A stretch of DNA of 64,000 nt from an uncultured Eubacteriales bacterium (GTDB lineage Bacteria; Acidobacteriota; Aminicenantia; Aminicenantales; Aminicenantaceae): contig CAYNVQ010000004.1 of the NCBI GenBank assembly GCA_964400735.1, forward strand, positions 315,042 to 379,041, read 5' to 3'. Below, in pieces: positions 18,816 to 27,468 of this stretch (its first letter is position 1; each line of letters opens with the position of its first letter). Position numbers and translations under genes: made by a program. The notes under the pieces were generated by a model. It searched no databases and was not told where the DNA came from. It saw nothing but the letters and a program-made list of their open reading frames with translations.

Positions 18816-20045
18816 TTGAAGAGGTTCCTTATCATTTTTTGTTTCTCGCTTTTCAGCCTCAGCGTTTTTCCTCAGCAAATAACCGAACAGACGATGGTGA
18901 TCAATATCGAGATTCCGGTCAGGGTATTTGAAGGTGGAAATTTCGTCGATAACCTTACCCTCGAGGATTTTGAAATTTTTGAAGACGGAATCCCTCAGAA
19001 GATCGAAGCCGTCTATCTAGTGAAAAAGAGAACAGTCGAAAGAAGCGAGGAGAAAAAAAGATTTGCTCCCGCTACGAACAGGAATTTTTATCTCCTTTTC
19101 GAAATATCGGAATACACATCAGAAATAGGAGAGGCTATCGATTACTTTCACGAAAAAGTATTGGTCCCTGGCGACAGCCTTATCATCGTCACGCCTATGA
19201 AAACCTATCGGTTGAAGGACCGCGTCCTGGAGTATCAGACGAGACAGCAGATGTCCAACCAGTTGAAGGAGATCTTGAGAAAAGAGGCTCTGGTAGGAAA
19301 TGCGGAATACAGAGCCGCTGTTGATGAACTTATAGGGATAGCCAAATCTTTATCAGCCAGTGCCGGAGGAGAAGGAGACCAACAGTCCCCGCAGTTGGAT
19401 GAGTACACCGTGGCTGGATTCGGACGGATGCCGTTGGAAAAACAGCTCATGAAGTATCAAAACACGCTGGAAAGGGTTAGAAAGCTCCGCCGCATCGATC
19501 AACAAAAGCTGCTCGATTTCGCCAGAATATTGAAAAATGAGCCCGGCCAAAAGTCCATTTTTTTGATCTACCAGAGAGAATATATACCCCAGGTTGAGCC
19601 GAGCATTATGGATAAATTCATCGCCCAATACCAAGATAAACCTCACATCATCCGAGGTCTTTACGATATAGCGGAGACGTCTCGCAGGGATATCACGTTC
19701 GATGTGGACCTCGTCAAGCAGGCCTATGCGGATTCCTCGATTTCCATTCATTTTCTCTTTTTGACTCCTGCTATAAAAAATGTGCACGGTGTTTATTTCC
19801 AGGAGCGCTCCGAAGATATCTATGGGGCTTTCAGAGAGATAGCAACGGCCACAGGGGGATTCTTCGAGAGTTCAGCCAATCCGACCTCCTGCTTGAAGCG
19901 CGCCATCGATGCTTCCGAGAATTATTACTTACTGTATTATTCGCCTAGAAAATATCAGAATGACGGCCGCTTTAGAAAAGTAGAGGTCAGGGTGAAAGAA
20001 AAAGATTACAAGATTATCCATAGAATGGGGTATATCGCCAACTAG
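18816..20045 (+). CDS. exported VWA-like protein of the acidobacterial-type VWFA-related family (TIGR03436-like)
   Basis: It has a TTG start after GGGAAGG and a signal peptide. The C-terminus reads ENYYLLYYSPRKYQNDGRFRKVEVRVKEKDYKIIHRMGYIAN. It is paralogous to 30062-31309. Confidence 0.7.
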   Translation: MKRFLIIFCFSLFSLSVFPQQITEQTMVINIEIPVRVFEGGNFVDNLTLEDFEIFEDGIPQKIEAVYLVKKRTVERSEEKKRFAPATNRNFYLLFEISEYTSEIGEAIDYFHEKVLVPGDSLIIVTPMKTYRLKDRVLEYQTRQQMSNQLKEILRKEALVGNAEYRAAVDELIGIAKSLSASAGGEGDQQSPQLDEYTVAGFGRMPLEKQLMKYQNTLERVRKLRRIDQQKLLDFARILKNEPGQKSIFLIYQREYIPQVEPSIMDKFIAQYQDKPHIIRGLYDIAETSRRDITFDVDLVKQAYADSSISIHFLFLTPAIKNVHGVYFQERSEDIYGAFREIATATGGFFESSANPTSCLKRAIDASENYYLLYYSPRKYQNDGRFRKVEVRVKEKDYKIIHRMGYIAN

Positions 20046-20819
20046 ATGGTATCTGAATTTATCTTTTATTCAGCCGCCGCTGCTTTTCTGTTTATGACCT
20101 GTGTTTTTGTTTTGGCTCTGTTTAAAAAAGACAACTCCGTCGTGGATGTTGCATGGGGCATAGGGTTTATTCTTGTGGCGCTTTTGACTTTTTTTATAGA
20201 TCCTATCTTTACCTTGAGGTCCGTTCTCATAACGGGCCTGGTCATTGTTTGGGGCACAAGACTGGCCGTCCACATCTATTTGAGGAACAGAGGCAAAGGA
20301 GAAGATTTCCGCTATGCTAAATGGCGCAAGGATTGGGGCAAAACTTTCATATGGAGAAGCTATTTTCAGATATTCATGCTTCAAGGATTATTGCTGCTGA
20401 TCATATCCTATCCCATCATTCTGGTCAATCAGTCCGAGGCAGACGGCATAAAGGCTTTGGACGTGGCAGGAATGGCTGTCTGGATGATCGGGTTACTTTT
20501 CGAAGCCATCGGTGACTATCAGCTTCGCGCTTTCAAAAAGAATCCGGAGAATAGAGGAAAAATCATGTCCAGCGGATTATGGAGGTACACCCGACATCCG
20601 AACTATTTTGGAGAGGTATCCTGTTGGTGGGGTATTTTTCTTATCGCTCTTTCCGTTGAAAGGGGATGGACGGGCGTGATCAGCCCTCTGGCTATCACTT
20701 TTCTCCTCCTCAGAGTTTCGGGAATCACCATGCTGGAGAAGAAATACGAAGGGAATCAAGAGTACGAAGCGTATGCGCGGAAAACCAGTCCGTTTTTCCC
20801 CTGGTTCCCCAAAAAATAG
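20046..20819 (+). CDS. DUF1295 / steroid 5-alpha-reductase-like membrane protein
   Basis: Its ATG immediately follows the stop of the previous gene. It is multi-TM and carries the RYTRHPNYFGE motif. Confidence 0.8.
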   Translation: MVSEFIFYSAAAAFLFMTCVFVLALFKKDNSVVDVAWGIGFILVALLTFFIDPIFTLRSVLITGLVIVWGTRLAVHIYLRNRGKGEDFRYAKWRKDWGKTFIWRSYFQIFMLQGLLLLIISYPIILVNQSEADGIKALDVAGMAVWMIGLLFEAIGDYQLRAFKKNPENRGKIMSSGLWRYTRHPNYFGEVSCWWGIFLIALSVERGWTGVISPLAITFLLLRVSGITMLEKKYEGNQEYEAYARKTSPFFPWFPKK

Positions 20820-20975
20820 TTTTCCCCCTGATGAACGACGCTAATTGTTTCTCTTCGATTTTGTGTGGGCACCAGTCCGCCCGACAATGAAGGCTAAACT
20901 CCTCAGATTTCGCTTCTGACCTGCGTGGTGTCTTTATGCTTTGAGCCTTATCAACACGATAGGGGAGAGAATCCG

Positions 20976-23753
20976 TTAATTTAACTCGACAGGTAAAGCG
21001 GGGCCCAGGTAGATTCCGTTAAACAGGAATTTGAATGTTCCGTGAGGCTGGCCGCGGAAAGTCACTTCCGGACCATACAGAAAAAGCTTCCCCTTACCTA
21101 TAGGCGCTTCGATTATGGCGATCCCATCCTCCAAATAATGCTGTCCCCACGCCCATCCGCTTCTCAACGGCGTTTTGCTCTCAAACCAGGCAACGGGATG
21201 GATTCCTTTCAGTATGGCTTCGGGCTGGAGCTGGAAAACAGGGCTGTTGCTAAATACCACATCCGCTGTTTCAGACATTCCATAGCCGAGGGGATGGTTG
21301 TTATCCACCTGCACGCTGAGAAGGGAACCGGGGATCAAAATTTGTTCTCTGGAGAGCGGTCTTTCCGTCCCATCCGGAAGCATTTCGACCAGAGCATTTT
21401 TAATGGGGAGTCCGGCGTGTTCGGCCAGACTGGTCGAGCTCCCGAGGGCCAGGATCGTTCCTCCGTCCTGAAGGAAGCGGAGCAATCGGGGTATGGTTTT
21501 ATCTATGGTTATGCTGCCCAACCGATCGCGATACTCGGCAGGAACATCCTCAGGCTCGGGTGGAGAGAACATCCTGTATCGAGCCCTTTCTTGAGTGCTT
21601 CGTCGGGGGATGGCGCCATCGACGAAGACCAGAACATCGAATTGATGGGAAAGCTCATCGGAATCCAATGCAGAAGGGTAGACCACCTGGAAGGGAAACT
21701 CGAACTGCTCCAAAAGCCATCTCACCCATCCCGAATCCATGGAACCGCCGTAGCGGTCCCATAAGCCGATGCGCACAGGCCTGAGTTTGAAGGCCTCTCC
21801 CCTCGGCTTCTGGGCCGTCCTCTCGAAATTCAAGCCGATCTCTCGGGACAGTGCCTCCAGCTTTTGAGCTGTGGAGGGGTTATTTGGAATGTAGATAGTT
21901 CCTTGGGGAAAAGTTTTTCCGTCGACCTCGAAAGGTTCCTTCAACCAATAGACTTCTTCTTCATTCCCTATTAACCTGTTGGTGGCGATAAAGCTGTCAT
22001 TGATTCGGTGATCCAGCAAAAATCCGGCGTATTCGCCTGCCCCCCTTATTTGACCAGCTGGGGCTTGCGCGAATCCCTGGATTTTCTCGAAGGGACCATC
22101 GAATCCATCGAGCATCCGGTCGAAACGGACTCCCATCTGATAGGCGAGGGTCCAACCGGCCATATCATATGTGGGGACCGGAGGGCCTCCTGGACAGGGG
22201 ACGTCATCGGGATAATCTTGAGGTTCGAACATGGATAGGATGTGGGGACGGAAGGCCTGAGCGCATTGAATGACATAGGAGCCGGACGGATAAGATTTGC
22301 CTTCGACTTCGAACTCACGGGTTGCCCGGTTCACGATAATGCCTGTTTTGATCAGAGTATTTACGAATTTGGTGGCGGTTAGAAAGTCGGGCTGGTCTGA
22401 TGGAATGACGTATCCGCGTGGATCTCTTTTCTGGGGATCGCGGAGCATGTCGAAGTATTTGAGGGGATAGCCCCGCGAACGTCCATCACCTTCCATCCTG
22501 GCCTTGTCCTCGGCAATTTTTTCTTCAATCGCTTGGATAAGTTTGGGATGAATGGTCCAGCTATCTTGACTGCCGCGTGCGATGGAATTTTTTCCCATAA
22601 GGTAGATGTTATATAAAAAATCCCGGCGATGTTTGGATGCCAGGTCGAGAATGGCTTTATCCGCGGTGATGGAATACTCGACGGACTGACGAAAATGCCA
22701 TTCTTGGGGTGTAACGGGAAAAGGTAGATCCATCTTGGGAAGGATTCTTTGGGGAAGGAACGGAATCTCCATCGGAGTGGGATTGCCTATGGTTTCGGTG
22801 AGTATGCCGATCATGTTGTGAAAGTAAACCGTCGTTCTTAATCCTCCGTTCCACCAGATCTGATAGCCTGCTCCAGAGCGCATGGTAGCCCCTGGTTTTC
22901 CTTCAGCCACAAAACGGGTGTGCATCGCGGCGCCTACGAGTTCGATTTCAACGGGTATGAGAGAGTCACAGTGATAGTTGAAGGGATCTCGAAATGGCGG
23001 GGCAAACAAAACGCAACCCGAGGGGCCAGATTGGTGATGATTGTAGACGATCTGGGGAAACCATTCTCTGTAGAGCACTTTGTTGACCGCTTCTGTTTCA
23101 GGCTGGGTGGACATGTAAAAATCCCTGTTGTTATCGTGACCGATGTATTTGTGGTACAAGCGGGGTAGGCCTCTCAGTGTACGTTGGGCAGGATCTGGAT
23201 TGCTCATGTACCAATTGCCCACAAGCTCCATCCCATCCGGGTTGGAGATAACCGCCAGGAGAATGACATCGTCGAGAATTCTCAGAGTTTCAGGATCGTT
23301 TCGGCTGACCATTTGGTAGACGAGTTCGATGAGCTGTTGGGCTCCCAATACTTCTGTCCCGTGCAATCCGCCATCTATCCAGACGACAGATCGGCCTTCT
23401 TCAGCCAGCATCTCTGCTTCGGAATCGCTCAGCCCTTTGGCCAGAGCCAGGCGGGCTGCAATCTGTTTGTAGTGGTCGAGTTGAAGATGGTTTTCAGGCG
23501 ATGTGACAATGGCCATGACCATCTCTCTTCCTTCTGCCGTTTCCCCGATCTGAACCAAAGACATGCGGTCGCTTTCCTGGGCCAGAGTTTTCCAGTATTC
23601 CTGCAATTGTGTGTAGGAGGCCAGGTAATAATCATCTCCCACATTGAAACCCAATGCTTCGATGGGAGTCGTGATTTTGACCTGGCCGAAAACTGGCTGG
23701 AGTGTAAAAAAAATGGCGAAAAAGAAGAAAAAAAGCGATTTTTTATTGACCAT
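20976..23753 (-). CDS. exported M14-family zinc carboxypeptidase with a large C-terminal extension
   Basis: A signal peptide is present. M14 motifs are VWIDGGLHGTEVLGAQ, ISNPDGMEL and YIGHDNNRDF. Confidence 0.85.
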   Translation of the reverse strand: MVNKKSLFFFFFAIFFTLQPVFGQVKITTPIEALGFNVGDDYYLASYTQLQEYWKTLAQESDRMSLVQIGETAEGREMVMAIVTSPENHLQLDHYKQIAARLALAKGLSDSEAEMLAEEGRSVVWIDGGLHGTEVLGAQQLIELVYQMVSRNDPETLRILDDVILLAVISNPDGMELVGNWYMSNPDPAQRTLRGLPRLYHKYIGHDNNRDFYMSTQPETEAVNKVLYREWFPQIVYNHHQSGPSGCVLFAPPFRDPFNYHCDSLIPVEIELVGAAMHTRFVAEGKPGATMRSGAGYQIWWNGGLRTTVYFHNMIGILTETIGNPTPMEIPFLPQRILPKMDLPFPVTPQEWHFRQSVEYSITADKAILDLASKHRRDFLYNIYLMGKNSIARGSQDSWTIHPKLIQAIEEKIAEDKARMEGDGRSRGYPLKYFDMLRDPQKRDPRGYVIPSDQPDFLTATKFVNTLIKTGIIVNRATREFEVEGKSYPSGSYVIQCAQAFRPHILSMFEPQDYPDDVPCPGGPPVPTYDMAGWTLAYQMGVRFDRMLDGFDGPFEKIQGFAQAPAGQIRGAGEYAGFLLDHRINDSFIATNRLIGNEEEVYWLKEPFEVDGKTFPQGTIYIPNNPSTAQKLEALSREIGLNFERTAQKPRGEAFKLRPVRIGLWDRYGGSMDSGWVRWLLEQFEFPFQVVYPSALDSDELSHQFDVLVFVDGAIPRRSTQERARYRMFSPPEPEDVPAEYRDRLGSITIDKTIPRLLRFLQDGGTILALGSSTSLAEHAGLPIKNALVEMLPDGTERPLSREQILIPGSLLSVQVDNNHPLGYGMSETADVVFSNSPVFQLQPEAILKGIHPVAWFESKTPLRSGWAWGQHYLEDGIAIIEAPIGKGKLFLYGPEVTFRGQPHGTFKFLFNGIYLGPALPVELN

Positions 23754-23934
23754 GCGTCCTCCTCTCAGATAAGAGCTGATTGAAAATTTATAACAAACTG
23801 TGGTCCGAAGTCAAAAGAAATGGGGGTTGGGTGAGCATTTCCAAAACCATGATAAAGCAACAGTCGGGGAATCTGAAACGTCAGTCCGATGGTTTTCCCC
23901 ATCGACTCCTTGGAGGGGGAACAATCTATATATG

Positions 23935-23970
23935 CCTGCCAGCAAAGCTTGCTTTCACGTTCGCTTCGCT
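23935..23970 (+). repeat. intergenic repeat family A, partial copy A1
   Basis: CCTGCCAGCAAAGCTTGCTTTCACGTTCGCTTCGCT shares the CCTnCCAnnAAAGCTTGCTTTC...CGCnnCGC core with A2 and A3. Confidence 0.6.
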
Positions 23971-24068
23971 CTCTGCCTCCCCTTCTCGGGCTTCGCCCTG
24001 CGACCAAGGGGTCGCACCCCCTTGGATCCCCCCATTGATTTGTAATCCAAATCAATCAAAATCAGCTT

Positions 24069-24128
24069 ATTCCTCGGCTCGCTCTCTTCAACCTACCAAT
24101 AAAGCTTGCTTTCCATGCCCGCTCGCCT
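24069..24128 (+). repeat. intergenic repeat family A, copy A2
   Basis: ATTCCTCGGCTCGCTCTCTTCAACCTACCAATAAAGCTTGCTTTCCATGCCCGCTCGCC matches the reverse complement of 29978-30036, with about 6 mismatches in 60. Confidence 0.8.
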
Positions 24129-24333
24129 CCGGATGACTTCCTCTTCAGCTTCCCCACTGATTTAAAATAGTCACGGTTTTGGAAATGCTTCTGAGGGGGG
24201 AGGGGATGAGTATGTGCAGCGGCTCATGGTTGTGTGCCTGGAAAAAATTGTATATAATGACCGTCCCGGAGAGGTCGGTTTCAATGGGTGCCGGGTGGAA
24301 TTGATTTTGGAGAAGGGATAAAGGAAGACGTTT

Positions 24334-24852
24334 ATGCCTCAAAGCACAGAAAATCTTATCTATCAGAAAGCTGCAAAATGCTGGGATTGTGTGGATAAAG
24401 CCCTTTTTTTATTCATCGATCTAATGAAAGAGGGAGGCAGCTTCAGCCTTGCGGATTATTGCGAAGCGAGAAACCTTCTTAGGGATGCCGAAGGATTATA
24501 TGATGAGACTGTGAATAATGCCAAGAAATTGCTCGGACCGCCCCCCTCCAATTCATCCGCAGACTACCTCAAGTGGAGGGATCAACTGCTCGAGGAATTT
24601 CAGATTTTGGCCATGAGCAAGGAATATGAGAGCCTCCGTTCCGAACTGGTGGAAGATGAGTTTTTGCGGGCCAGGATGAATGAGGAGCTTATCGAAGCGC
24701 TTCTCAAAAAGCATTTTCAGACGCAACAGTCAGGGAAACGGAGATTATCGAATATAAAGGTCAGGATGATCTTGTACAGGCTGAAGGAATTGCTGGGAGA
24801 GGCGAAAGAATTGAATAAAAAGGCCGGGCTCAAGCAGCAGTCAAAATCTTAA
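24334..24852 (+). CDS. hypothetical helical protein
   Basis: This 172-aa ORF has an AAAGGAAG RBS. Its composition predicts an all-alpha protein. A gap of only 21 nt to the next gene suggests co-transcription. Confidence 0.5.
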   Translation: MPQSTENLIYQKAAKCWDCVDKALFLFIDLMKEGGSFSLADYCEARNLLRDAEGLYDETVNNAKKLLGPPPSNSSADYLKWRDQLLEEFQILAMSKEYESLRSELVEDEFLRARMNEELIEALLKKHFQTQQSGKRRLSNIKVRMILYRLKELLGEAKELNKKAGLKQQSKS

Positions 24853-24873
24853 TGAGATGGAGAAAAATGACGG

Positions 24874-26124
24874 ATGGAAGTGATCATAGATAATCCCGAG
24901 CGGGTCAAGCAGGCCGAACTCATCGTGGGGATTCCTTCCTTCAACGAGGCGGATTCCATCGCATTCCCTACCAAGATGGCCAGTCGGGGATTGAAAAAAT
25001 ATTTTCCGGATAAAGATTCAGTCATCATCAACGTGGACAATAATTCTCCTGACGGGACAAAGGAGGCTTTTTTAGGTACTCCTACCGAAGTTCCCAAAAT
25101 CTATATATCGACACCAGGAGATATAAAGGGAAAGGGAAACAATCTAAGAAATTTATTCGAAGCCATGGTCGAGCTGATGGCCAGGGCGGCTGTGGTCGTG
25201 GATGCGGACCTTCAGAGCATCACCCCTCAATGGATTCAATACCTGGGTGAGCCTTTGTTTGCCAATTTCAATTTTGTGACACCTATCTATGTCCGTCATA
25301 AGTACGACGGCTCGATAACCAACCACATCGCCTATCCACTCCTTCGAACTCTTTACGGACTCAGGGTGAGACAACCGATAGGAGGGGATTTCGGTATTTC
25401 GAGGCGCCTGGCCCAGGCATTTTTATCCGAAAAAACCTGGACAGAGGATGTGGCGCATTTCGGAATAGATATCTGGATGACGACTGTGGCCATCGCACGC
25501 AGGTTCAAGGTCTGCCAGACATTTTTGGGATCGCCGAAATCTCATCGAGCCAAGGATCCGGCAAAAGACTTAGGCCCCATGTTTTCCCAGGTCATGATGA
25601 CATTTTTAGACTTGATGGTGGATTTCGAGTATTTTTGGAAGGATACTGCAGAAAGCTGGCCCAGCAACATCTTCGGGTTTGGCCTCGGCGTCACGGAATC
25701 TCCGCCTCCTGTCTCCGTGAACACGAATGCCCTGTACTCCAGCTTCATCTCCGGGTTCAAGAGGTATTGCGAGGTTTGGGAAAAAATCCTGCCCAAGGAT
25801 GAGTTTACCGAAATCAAGAAAATAAAAAGAATGAATAAAGAACAGTTCTACTATCATAGCGATCTTTGGGCGCGCATTTTATTCAATTTTGCCATTGCCT
25901 ACCGAAACATGGAGATTCCCAAAGAGATGATCGTCGAATCCATGATCCCGTTTTACCATTCCCGCATTTTATCCTTTGTGAATAAGACCATTCACATGGA
26001 CACAAAAGAAAGTGAAGAATATTTAGAGAGCATAGTCAGGATTTTCGAGGATGAGAAGCCCTATTTGATCAAGCGCTGGAACGAGGAGAAACGGAATCTG
26101 GGCAATAATTTATTCCGGTTTTGA
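24874..26124 (+). CDS. GT-A fold glycosyltransferase resembling mannosylglycerate synthase / glucosyl-3-phosphoglycerate synthase type enzymes
   Basis: Motif order matches my recollection of Rhodothermus MGS (GKGDG, DADI, QPLGGE, WGID, KAHR). Here the motifs are GIPSFNE, NNSPDGT, GKGNN, VVVDADL, RQPIGGDFG, FGIDIW and KSHR. Confidence 0.6.
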   Translation: MEVIIDNPERVKQAELIVGIPSFNEADSIAFPTKMASRGLKKYFPDKDSVIINVDNNSPDGTKEAFLGTPTEVPKIYISTPGDIKGKGNNLRNLFEAMVELMARAAVVVDADLQSITPQWIQYLGEPLFANFNFVTPIYVRHKYDGSITNHIAYPLLRTLYGLRVRQPIGGDFGISRRLAQAFLSEKTWTEDVAHFGIDIWMTTVAIARRFKVCQTFLGSPKSHRAKDPAKDLGPMFSQVMMTFLDLMVDFEYFWKDTAESWPSNIFGFGLGVTESPPPVSVNTNALYSSFISGFKRYCEVWEKILPKDEFTEIKKIKRMNKEQFYYHSDLWARILFNFAIAYRNMEIPKEMIVESMIPFYHSRILSFVNKTIHMDTKESEEYLESIVRIFEDEKPYLIKRWNEEKRNLGNNLFRF

Positions 26125-26166
26125 TCGGACCGTTATCCTCCGGCTATCTCTGATTCTTCCCGTCTT

Positions 26167-27006
26167 TCATTCATCATCCGATGGTTTGTATCCGCATATC
26201 TTTATACTCAAGACGGACCGAGCCATTTTCATAATTTGATCTGCCGGTATTCCCGATTCATCCACGATGGCCTTCACCATTTGATCTTCGGGATGCAGGC
26301 CTAGAAGGAAAGGTTTTTCGCCCAAAACTTCAACCCTCTGGAATCCTGAAGTCTTTATACTTTGGAGGTAATCGTCTCTCTTCATTGCCCCTGCAATGCA
26401 GCCTGTGTAGGCCAGGACTGAATTCTTGATGGATTCCGGCAGATCGCTCAGCAGGACGATGTCAGATATCATCATCCTTCCCCCGGGCTTGAGAATCCGG
26501 AATGCTTCTTTGAAGACCTTATCCTTTTCCGGAGACAAGTTTATCACGCAATTTGAGATGATCACGTCGACCGATTCGGCTTCAAGGGGGAGGTTTTCTA
26601 TTTCCCCGAGTTTGAATTCCACGTTTTTGTAGCCGCTTTTTTCGGCATTTTTTCTTGCTTTTTCTATCATTTCGGGGGTCATGTCGATCCCGATAACTTT
26701 GCCTTTTTTTCCGACTTTGTTAGCCGCGAGGAAGCAGTCAAAACCTGCTCCAGACCCAAGGTCAAGAACAGTCTCTCCTTGTCGGAGAGAAGCGAGAGCG
26801 ACAGGATTCCCGCATCCGAGCCCGAGATTGGCTCCATCGGGGATGGCTTTCAGTTCTTCATCTCTGTAGCCGATAGACTTACCGTAATGATCAGCAGCAT
26901 TTTGTGGCGAGCAGCATGCGCTGGATTGAGCGCAACAAGGGCTGCTATCCTTGGCGATTTGCCCGTAACGATTTTTAACCATTTTTTTTATATCCTGGTC
27001 TTTCAT
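26167..27006 (-). CDS. arsM: arsenite S-adenosylmethionine methyltransferase
   Basis: The SAM motif is VLDLGSGAGFD. The conserved ArsM cysteine positions are present: LGCGNP, SNCVINL and YTGCIAGA. N-terminal CC pairs are also present (SPCCAQSSACCSP). Confidence 0.8.
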   Translation of the reverse strand: MKDQDIKKMVKNRYGQIAKDSSPCCAQSSACCSPQNAADHYGKSIGYRDEELKAIPDGANLGLGCGNPVALASLRQGETVLDLGSGAGFDCFLAANKVGKKGKVIGIDMTPEMIEKARKNAEKSGYKNVEFKLGEIENLPLEAESVDVIISNCVINLSPEKDKVFKEAFRILKPGGRMMISDIVLLSDLPESIKNSVLAYTGCIAGAMKRDDYLQSIKTSGFQRVEVLGEKPFLLGLHPEDQMVKAIVDESGIPADQIMKMARSVLSIKICGYKPSDDE

Positions 27007-27030
27007 TTTCTTTTCCTTTCTTTCGTTTCT

Positions 27031-27309
27031 CTATTTCATGAGATCTTTCAATACAGGGGAGATCAGGTTTTTTACCATTTCTTCAAAATTTTCGGCCTTG
27101 ATCAATGACAAACAACAAAACTTTCCCTCTTTTTCCATGGCAACGAGGACCAATTTATCGCCTGGGCGAATCCCTGCCTTTTCTCTCAATTCTTTGGGCA
27201 AGACCATTTGGCCTCTCTCGTCGAGGCTCACGATGGATTCCACCGAACAGCATCCCAAACTCATCTTAGATTCGGAACAAAAGGAATCTTTTTTTTCTTT
27301 TTGAGTCAT
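27031..27309 (-). CDS. AbrB/MazE/SpoVT-type (looped-hinge helix) DNA-binding protein, cysteine-rich
   Basis: I place the start at ATG 27309 after a GGAG RBS. The SpoVT-AbrB signature is LDERGQMVLPKELREKAGIRPGDKLVL. Cysteines lie at 11, 20, 21, 65 and 66. It ends 24 nt upstream of arsM. Confidence 0.7.
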   Translation of the reverse strand: MTQKEKKDSFCSESKMSLGCCSVESIVSLDERGQMVLPKELREKAGIRPGDKLVLVAMEKEGKFCCLSLIKAENFEEMVKNLISPVLKDLMK

Positions 27310-27331
27310 CAAAATATCTCCTATCCAAATA

Positions 27332-27347
27332 ATCAGATATATCTGAT
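27332..27347. promoter_or_regulatory. perfect 16-bp palindrome ATCAGATATATCTGAT, candidate operator of the abrB-like/arsM operon
   Basis: It lies 23-38 nt upstream of the AbrB-like start codon (27309), directly adjacent to the RBS, in an AT-rich promoter region. A related CAGATAT half-site recurs at about 27393. Confidence 0.45.
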
Positions 27348-27468
27348 AATTCAGAATAATATAAATAATCTTATTTGTCAATATATTATTTTTTAACGGC
27401 ACAGATATGAATATGAATAATAGTCTGCAGAAACTGAGAAATTGAGTTTTGAGCGGCGAAAGCTGAAA

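Larger units (their letters stand above)
23834..24189. mobile_element. MITE-like non-coding element bounded by 19-bp terminal inverted repeats
   Basis: AGCATTTCCAAAACCATGA (23834-23852) compares with the reverse complement of 24171-24189, AGCATTTCCAAAACCGTGA, at 18/19 identity. The interior has no credible ORF. It contains family A repeats and small hairpins (GCGACCaaggGGTCGC, GATTTGtaatcCAAATC). Confidence 0.55.

Noticed and set aside
23754-24333. A possible tRNA, tmRNA, RNase P or other housekeeping RNA in the 580-nt gap.
   Set aside because: I found no cloverleaf, no tmRNA termini (GGGG...CCACCA context) and no RNase P conserved blocks. The pairing is better explained by terminal inverted repeats and the dispersed family A repeats.
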